From Deferrisomatales bacterium (GTDB lineage Bacteria; Desulfobacterota; Deferrisomatia; Deferrisomatales; JACRMM01): DNA of 11,950 nt. Below, in pieces: positions 6,790 to 11,950 of this stretch (within the stretch, counting starts at the first letter, position 1; every line of letters begins with the position of its first letter). Location: contig JAWSUI010000083.1 in the NCBI GenBank assembly GCA_033551855.1, positions 1-11,950 of the forward strand. Reading direction: 5' to 3'. The notes below the pieces were generated by a model. That model was not told the DNA's origin. It saw nothing but the letters and a program-made list of their open reading frames with translations, and made no database searches. The position numbers and the translations under genes were made by a program.

Positions 6790-7044
6790 TCAGGCACTCT
6801 TTCGTCCCTGGCCCGACGCGGGTGCGCGCAGGGCGCTGCGGCCGAACAGGCTGCGCAGCAGCGAGCCCAACAGCACCGCCGCCGGCCCCGCCTGGAAGGC
6901 GACGATCAGTGCCCCGAAGGCGAGGAACAGTACCGTCCACAGACCCACCCCCGCCGCCTCGCCTCCCGGGGCGGCGGCCCAGACCGGTCCGGCGCCCAGC
7001 AACCACACGCCCCCCGCCGCCGCACGTCTCGCTGTTCTCCCCAT
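6790..7044 (-). CDS. Small membrane protein (84 aa): signal peptide plus one TM helix; first gene after the sigma-54 promoter
   Basis: ATG 7044 with GAGGAG RBS 6 nt upstream, signal-like N-terminus ending PVWA-A, TM GLWTVLFLAFGALIVAFQAGPAAVLL. Paralog of 5948..6190. Confidence 0.78.
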   Translation of the reverse strand: MGRTARRAAAGGVWLLGAGPVWAAAPGGEAAGVGLWTVLFLAFGALIVAFQAGPAAVLLGSLLRSLFGRSALRAPASGQGRKSA

Positions 7045-7092
7045 GACACCCTCCTCTTCCCTCGCCGTACCACCGTCTCGCCAACCCAACAC

Positions 7093-7108
7093 AGCAGGAC
7101 CCGTGCCA
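7093..7108 (-). promoter_or_regulatory. Sigma-54 (RpoN) -24/-12 promoter of the cytochrome bc cluster
   Basis: Minus strand TGGCACGGGTCCTGCT matches TGGCAC-N5-(T/C)TGCT with exact GG-N10-GC spacing. Predicted TSS ~7082, ~38 nt before ATG 7044. A sigma-54 activator gene is adjacent and divergent. Confidence 0.88.
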
Positions 7109-7204
7109 CGGAGTCCCCTGTCGGAGCAATTCTTCCAACTTCCCGGTTTTCCGCTGTTTTCCACTGACTTGCGGGAACGACGCAGGCGGCCGGAGGCCCT
7201 CCGG

Positions 7205-7227
7205 CGCACATTTCCGGTGTACACCGG
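7205..7227. promoter_or_regulatory. Candidate upstream activator (enhancer) site for the sigma-54 activator
   Basis: Perfect 14-bp palindrome CCGGTGTACACCGG (7214-7227) overlapping an NtrC-box-like CGCAC-N7-GTGTA (7205-7221), ~125-145 bp upstream of the predicted TSS, the usual enhancer distance. Confidence 0.45.
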
Positions 7228-7540
7228 GTCCTCCGCCGCGGGCGGTACGCGCCTGCCGAGAACGCGAAACGCGCTGCAGAGAAGAATTGCCGGCGGTCCG
7301 GGGGTTGACCGGCACCAATATACCGAGGTCGCCGCCGGGGTTTTGGGAGCGGCCCGGGAATCGACCGGGTGGACCCGGGCGCACGGAACCGCTCGGCCGA
7401 GAAAGGGGCAGCGGACCCGCCCAGGGGCTCGGGCTTTCCGTCCCCACCGGCACGCCCGCCCAGCCGTGGGGCTCGGCGGTGGGCAGACGCGTCCCGGTGC
7501 CGTGACGTCCGGAGTCGTGGGCGCAGGGCGCCGGTGTTTC

Positions 7541-7570
7541 TTGACGGGAACGACCCGGTTGGCGTAAATG
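7541..7570 (+). promoter_or_regulatory. Possible sigma-70 promoter for the regulator-kinase operon
   Basis: TTGACG at 7541-7546 followed after 17-18 nt by GTAAAT/TAAATG in a locally AT-rich patch. The -10 match is imperfect. Confidence 0.3.
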
Positions 7571-7742
7571 ACCAGTTATTGGTGGAAAAGGCTCGGCCCT
7601 CCCAGAGTCTGCCCGGGGGCCTCGCCGGCGCCCATCGACAAGGTTCCCCGGACCCGCGGCCGGGGCGGGGCCCTCGCCCCCGCCGGAGCAACCCGCGGAG
7701 AGCCGGTGGCCGACGTCTCACATTCCATCGTGGGGAGGAGCT

Positions 7743-9128
7743 ATGGGGAAGAGGATTCTCGTCGTGGATGACGAGGCGGTCGTCCGGAAGAGCTTCAGCC
7801 GCATCTTCGCGAAGACCGAGATCCAGGTGGAGACCGCGCCCTCCGGCCACACGGCCCTCGAGCTCCTGCAGCAGTCACCCTTCGACCTGGTGATCACCGA
7901 CCTGAAGATGCCGGGGATGAACGGCCTCGAGGTGTTGCGGGCCATCAAGGTCCTCCAACCGGAGGTGCCGGTGATCCTGGTCACCGGCTACTCCACCGTC
8001 GACACCGCGGTGGAGGCCATGAAGGCGGGGGCCCTGGACTACATCTCCAAACCCTTCACCCCGGACGACATCACCGACAAGGTCACCAGGGCCCTCTCCG
8101 AGGTTCGGGCGGCCGTCGCCCCCACGTGCGAGGACGCAGGCGGCTTCGGCGGCATCATTGGGGGAAGCCCGGCCATGCAGGAGGTCTACCGGCGCATACG
8201 CCAGGTGGCCCCCACGGACAGCACCGTGCTCATTCAGGGCGACAGCGGCACCGGAAAGGAGCTCGTCGCTCGGGCGATCCACGACCACAGTCAGCGCAAG
8301 ACGCGCCCCTTCGTGGCGGTCGACTGCACGTCCCTGGCCGAGAACCTCCTGGAGAGCGAGCTCTTCGGCCACGTGAAGGGTTCCTTCACCGGGGCCATCC
8401 GGACGAAGGTGGGGCTCTTCAAGGTGGCGGACGGGGGCACCCTCTTCCTCGACGAGGTCTCCAACATCAGCCTCACGGTCCAGGCCAAGCTCCTGCGGGT
8501 GCTCCAGGAGCGCGAGATCACCCCCATCGGCGGCACCCAGCCGACCCCCATCGACATCCGGCTCGTGACCGCTACCAACCGGGACCTGAAGGCCATGGTG
8601 GCGGCGGGGCAGTTCCGGGAAGACCTCTACTTCCGCTTGAACATCATCCCCATCGTCCTTCCGCGCCTGCGCGACCGGGAGGGGGACGTGCCCCTGCTGG
8701 CCAGCTTCTTCCTGCGGAAGTGCTCCGAGGAGATGGGAAAGCGCATCGAGTCCTTCACTCCCGACGCGATGGCCGTGCTCGAGTCCTACCCCTTCCACGG
8801 CAACGTCCGGGAGCTCGAGAACATCGTCGAGCGCGCGGCCGTGCTCTGCCCGGGCGAGCAGATCCGGCGCGAAGACCTGGAGCTCCAGGACGGGACCGGC
8901 CCCGCAACGCGCCCGGCGGTGCCCCGGACCGCCGAGGAGCTCAAGCACCGCAAGCAGAGGATCAGGGAGCAGGCGGTGGTCCCCATCGAGCGGGCGTTCG
9001 TGTTGGAAGCCCTGCGGCAGAACGAGTGGAACGTCACGCGGGCCGCCGAGGCCACCGGGATGCTGCGCCCCAACTTCCAGGCCCTGCTCAAGAAGCTCAA
9101 CATCTCCATCCGAGACCGAGAGGCATGA
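7743..9128 (+). CDS. bccR: Sigma-54-dependent response regulator (NtrC family: REC-AAA+-Fis HTH), BccR-like
   Basis: REC with VVDDE, ITDLKMP (phospho-Asp intact) and SKP; Walker A GDSGTGKE; ESELFGHVKGSFTGA; Walker B FLDE; FREDLYFRL; GNVREL; HTH NVTRAAEATGM. RBS GGGGAGGAG. Symbol by synteny with cbcBA. Confidence 0.95.
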   Translation: MGKRILVVDDEAVVRKSFSRIFAKTEIQVETAPSGHTALELLQQSPFDLVITDLKMPGMNGLEVLRAIKVLQPEVPVILVTGYSTVDTAVEAMKAGALDYISKPFTPDDITDKVTRALSEVRAAVAPTCEDAGGFGGIIGGSPAMQEVYRRIRQVAPTDSTVLIQGDSGTGKELVARAIHDHSQRKTRPFVAVDCTSLAENLLESELFGHVKGSFTGAIRTKVGLFKVADGGTLFLDEVSNISLTVQAKLLRVLQEREITPIGGTQPTPIDIRLVTATNRDLKAMVAAGQFREDLYFRLNIIPIVLPRLRDREGDVPLLASFFLRKCSEEMGKRIESFTPDAMAVLESYPFHGNVRELENIVERAAVLCPGEQIRREDLELQDGTGPATRPAVPRTAEELKHRKQRIREQAVVPIERAFVLEALRQNEWNVTRAAEATGMLRPNFQALLKKLNISIRDREA

Positions 9129-9183
9129 GCCGCCCCGCCCCGCAGGCGCGCACCGGGACCCCGGCGGACCGGCAGGAGACCTC

Positions 9184-10764
9184 GTGAGCCTCATCGCCAA
9201 GTTCATCTTCTGGGTGTCGATCCTCCTGCTCGCCGTGATGGCGCCCTTCGCCTACCTCAACCTCGAGGCGATGCGGGAGATCCTCCACGAGGCGGCGGTC
9301 TCCGAGGCCGACAACATCAGCGAGACGATCATCAAGACCACCCACTACCAGATGTTGGAGAACGACCGGAAACGCGTCTACCAGATGATCCAGGAGGCGG
9401 GGAAACAACACGGCATCGACCACATCCGGATGATCACCAAGGACGGGCACATCATCTTCTCGACCAACCGGGCGGAGATCGGAACCAACCTGGACAAGAC
9501 GGCCGCGGCCTGCGACATGTGCCACGCGGGCACCAGGCCCCTGACCGACGTCTCCTCCATGAACCGCAGCCGCGTGTTTCGCAACCCCGACGGGGAGGAG
9601 GTGCTCGGGATCACGAAGGCGATCTACAACCAACCCAGTTGCTCGGCGGCCGAGTGCCACTTCCACCCGCCCGACCAGGACATCCTGGGGGTGCTGGACA
9701 CAGCGGTCTCCCTGCAGCGGGTGAGGGTCCAGACCCGCAAGTACGAGCAGCGGCTTCTGGCCCTCACACTGGCGATGCTGGTGGCGGCCGGGGTCTCTCT
9801 CACCCTCCTGGTGCGCAGCCTCGTCACCCGGCCCATTCGGGACATCCTGCGCCACACCCGCAAGGTGGGCGAGCTCCACCTGGGGGAGCAGCTCTCGGTC
9901 AATAGCGACGACGAGATCGGGCACCTGGCCAGCTCGTTCAACGTGATGACGACCAACCTCAAGACCGCCCAGGACGAGCTCCAGAACTGGGCCAAGACCC
10001 TGGAGACCAAGGTCGAGAGCCGTACCGAGGAGCTCCAGCGCATGCAGGCGCAGCTCATCCGGTCGGAGAAGCTAGCCTCCCTGGGCGAGATCGTGGCGGG
10101 CATCGCCCACGAGCTGAACAACCCCCTCACGGGAGTCCTGGTGCTCGCCTCCCTCCTGGAGCAGGAAGGAAAGCTCGACCCGGAGCTCCGGGACGACATA
10201 GCCACGATCGTCCACGAGACCAAGCGCTGCGCCCGCATCGTGAAGGGCCTCCTTGAGTTCTCCCGGGAGACGATGCCCCAGAAGGCCCCGTCGGATCTCA
10301 CCCAGACCATGGAAAAGAGCCTCGCGCTCATCGGCACCCAGTCGATCTTCCACGACGTGCGCATCGAGCGGGACTACCAGGAAGGCCTGCCGCCCGCCCT
10401 CGTAGACCCCCACCAGATCGAGCAGGTCTTCATCAACATCCTGCTCAACGCCGCCCAGTCCATGGCGGGGGGCGGGACCCTCACCCTCACGACCCGGGCC
10501 GCGGCCCAGGAGCTGCGGGTGTCGATCGCCGACACCGGGAGCGGAATCCCCCCCGAGCACCTGGGTCGGATCTTCGACCCGTTCTTCACCACCAAGGAGC
10601 ACGGGACGGGCCTGGGGCTCGCCGTCTCCTACGGCATCGTGGAGACCCACGGCGGGCGGATCGAGGTGGACAGTATCAAGGGCAAGGGAACGACCTTCAC
10701 CATTTGCCTCCCCATCTCGGCCGACAGCCCCCCAGGGGCCGGAGACGCACCCGCCCCCGCCTAG
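9184..10764 (+). CDS. Membrane sensor histidine kinase with periplasmic heme-c domain, HAMP, HisKA and HATPase
   Basis: Two TM helices flanking CDMCH and CSAAECHFH; HAMP (PIRDI...DDEIGHLASSFNVM); H-box AHELNNPL; N-box QVFINILLNA; DTGSG; FDPFFTTK; GTGLGL. GTG start with CAGGAG RBS. Confidence 0.96.
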   Translation: MSLIAKFIFWVSILLLAVMAPFAYLNLEAMREILHEAAVSEADNISETIIKTTHYQMLENDRKRVYQMIQEAGKQHGIDHIRMITKDGHIIFSTNRAEIGTNLDKTAAACDMCHAGTRPLTDVSSMNRSRVFRNPDGEEVLGITKAIYNQPSCSAAECHFHPPDQDILGVLDTAVSLQRVRVQTRKYEQRLLALTLAMLVAAGVSLTLLVRSLVTRPIRDILRHTRKVGELHLGEQLSVNSDDEIGHLASSFNVMTTNLKTAQDELQNWAKTLETKVESRTEELQRMQAQLIRSEKLASLGEIVAGIAHELNNPLTGVLVLASLLEQEGKLDPELRDDIATIVHETKRCARIVKGLLEFSRETMPQKAPSDLTQTMEKSLALIGTQSIFHDVRIERDYQEGLPPALVDPHQIEQVFINILLNAAQSMAGGGTLTLTTRAAAQELRVSIADTGSGIPPEHLGRIFDPFFTTKEHGTGLGLAVSYGIVETHGGRIEVDSIKGKGTTFTICLPISADSPPGAGDAPAPA

Positions 10765-11262
10765 CAGGACGTTGAAATGCGGCCGGCGGTGCGCCCCGCG
10801 AAGGGGGCGCCGAATCTCGGAGCGTGAAAAGCGCAGTGATTCGTGAGGGTTCGAAGGGGCCGTCCCCGAGGGCCCTCACCGGAAGAACCCCGTGGAGGGG
10901 GTTCTTCGGTGCCCTGCGAGAGGGCCGACCGGCAGCCCCCGTCGGCGGGCCCTTCCGGAAATCCAGTGGGTTCGCCATCCGCTCGCCTGCCTCCTTGCGG
11001 GGGTGAATTCGCGGCAGATCGGCCGGAGCCCTGGAACCGCGTGTTGCGCGTCCTCACGCGTCCCAGCGGCAAGCGTCCCAGCGTTCCAGCCGGCCCGCCC
11101 CGCGCGAACCACCAGGGCAGATCACACTGCGCAGCTCTCACGCTCTGGCAAGAACCCCACGGAAATGTCCGAAGGGCCCGTCGGCGGCCTCTCGATGGCC
11201 CCAGACACGAGCAGCGGGCTCTCGCGAGCCCGCCGCCGTTCATCCCGCCCCGGTGGAGGGGG
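10765..11262. repeat. Highly structured intergenic region with multiple hairpins and long imperfect inverted repeats
   Basis: Local hairpins at 10791-10810, 10843-10879, 10882-10907 (perfect 10-bp GAAGAACCCC/GGGGTTCTTC) and 11214-11233. Long-range inverted similarities 10939-10977 vs 11146-11187 and 10820-10840 vs 11121-11145. Short GCGT(C/T)CCAGC repeats x3 at 11058-11090. Confidence 0.65.
11214..11233 (-). terminator. Stem-loop downstream of the terminal cytochrome gene
   Basis: GCGGGCTC-GCGA-GAGCCCGC on the minus strand (8-bp stem, GNRA loop), ~30 nt after the stop. Weak U-tract. Confidence 0.4.
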
Positions 11263-11949
11263 CTACCAGCGCTCGCTGCCGTGGCAGCTCGTCGTGCAGG
11301 TCCCGTTGGTCGGGTTGTAGGCGGTCACCCGGGTGCCCGTGCCGCCAATGGTGGCAGCGGCCACCCCTTCGGGCTCCGGGGTGCCGAGGCCGGCGAAGTG
11401 AATCCCTGCCAGGCCGGCCGTGCTGTGACAAACGGTGCAGTCCAACCCCTCCCTGTCGATATGCCGCGCGTGCCGTCCCGAAAAGTAGCCGTTGTACTCG
11501 GACGTCCCCGACTGGTGGCAGGAGCGGCACTGCGCCTCGACGACGATCGTTCCCGTCCACCACTCCGGGGTCGTCTCCCCGCCGTGGCAGCTCACGCTGG
11601 AGCACGTCCCGTCCAGGTTGTGCGTGGCCGGGCCGCTCCGGGCGTCGAACCGCGTCGGGAACGCCAGGTCCACGAAGCCGTCGTGGGCCGCACCGAGGTG
11701 ACAGACGGAGCAGTCGGCACCGACCCCGGGAAGCGCCGCGTGGGCGGCGTGGGCTCCCCCCGTGTCGGGGAAGGACGTGCCGGACGGCGGCAGCCCGTGG
11801 CACGCGGCGCAGGACCCCGGGCCCGGCTCGGTCGGCTCCGTCGGGGCGGGACCGGGGGAAGGGGGCGCGCCCGCCAGGGAATCGAGCCACTGCGCCAGCT
11901 CCGCCGTCTCGGCGGGGGACAGGGTCACCCCGTTGTGCCCGGCCTGGAG
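11263..11949 (-). CDS. Multiheme c-type cytochrome, CxxxxCH/CxxCH-domain type; 5' end outside the window
   Basis: The frame is open to the window edge (LQAGHNGVTLSPAE...). Motifs CAACH, CSVCH, CSSVSCH, CRSCH, CTVCH and CTTSCH. The GTC..SCHG....P.W pattern is typical of Geobacter-type C4xCH..C2xCH repeats. Pro-rich linker APPSPGPAPTEPTEPGPG. Confidence 0.9.
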   Translation of the reverse strand, partial: LQAGHNGVTLSPAETAELAQWLDSLAGAPPSPGPAPTEPTEPGPGSCAACHGLPPSGTSFPDTGGAHAAHAALPGVGADCSVCHLGAAHDGFVDLAFPTRFDARSGPATHNLDGTCSSVSCHGGETTPEWWTGTIVVEAQCRSCHQSGTSEYNGYFSGRHARHIDREGLDCTVCHSTAGLAGIHFAGLGTPEPEGVAAATIGGTGTRVTAYNPTNGTCTTSCHGSERW

Positions 11950-11950
11950 C

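Noticed and set aside
7110..7742. ORFs or a riboswitch (e.g. cyclic-dinucleotide GEMM) in the long divergent intergenic region, including 7568..7771+ and 6906..7850-
   Set aside because: No convincing RBS or protein-like composition, and no GGCAAAC...GACGCAAAG-type GEMM signature. The region is better explained as promoter and enhancer DNA.
8372..8396. GSFTGA instead of GAFTGA in the activator
   Set aside because: A common variant in functional sigma-54 activators, not evidence of inactivity.
42..10650. Many long overlapping ORFs (e.g. 595..1656-, 918..2660+, 4478..6310+, 5376..6638+, 7875..9206-, 8126..9187+, 9097..9924-)
   Set aside because: Shadow frames of well-supported genes in high-GC DNA. 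They are Arg/Pro/Gly-rich or antisense-patterned, with no recognisable motifs.
10697..11320. ORFs 10761..11243-, 10892..11320+, 10697..10978- and others in the right intergenic region
   Set aside because: Low-complexity translations running through hairpin and repeat DNA with no family motifs.

Overview
GC-rich bacterial DNA, probably from a deltaproteobacterial (Geobacter/Deferrisoma-like) anaerobic respirer; the taxon is inferred from gene content. Left: a 5'-truncated AmmeMemoRadiSam protein B (MEMO1-like) gene, gltX, a 60-aa orphan gene and a BoxC/REP-like tandem repeat. Centre (minus strand, 7044 to 2597): a cluster behind a strong sigma-54 promoter. It encodes two paralogous ~80-aa membrane microproteins, a receiver domain lacking the phosphoacceptor Asp, a 7-heme membrane-anchored cytochrome c with an EF-hand, a di-heme cytochrome b, a heme-c sensor/HAMP protein with no kinase, and a membrane protein. 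Divergent on the plus strand: an NtrC-type sigma-54 activator and a heme-c-sensing histidine kinase. The layout matches what I recall of the Geobacter cbc5 (cbcBA/bccR) menaquinol-oxidase locus, but without a cbcC-like multiheme gene. Right: a structured ~500-bp intergenic region and the 3' end of a CxxxxCH/CxxCH multiheme cytochrome gene. Most notable: the regulated cluster carries a catalytically dead copy of its own two-component system (kinase-less paralog of the sensor plus a pseudo-receiver) together with twin microproteins, suggesting an uncharacterised redox-feedback module.
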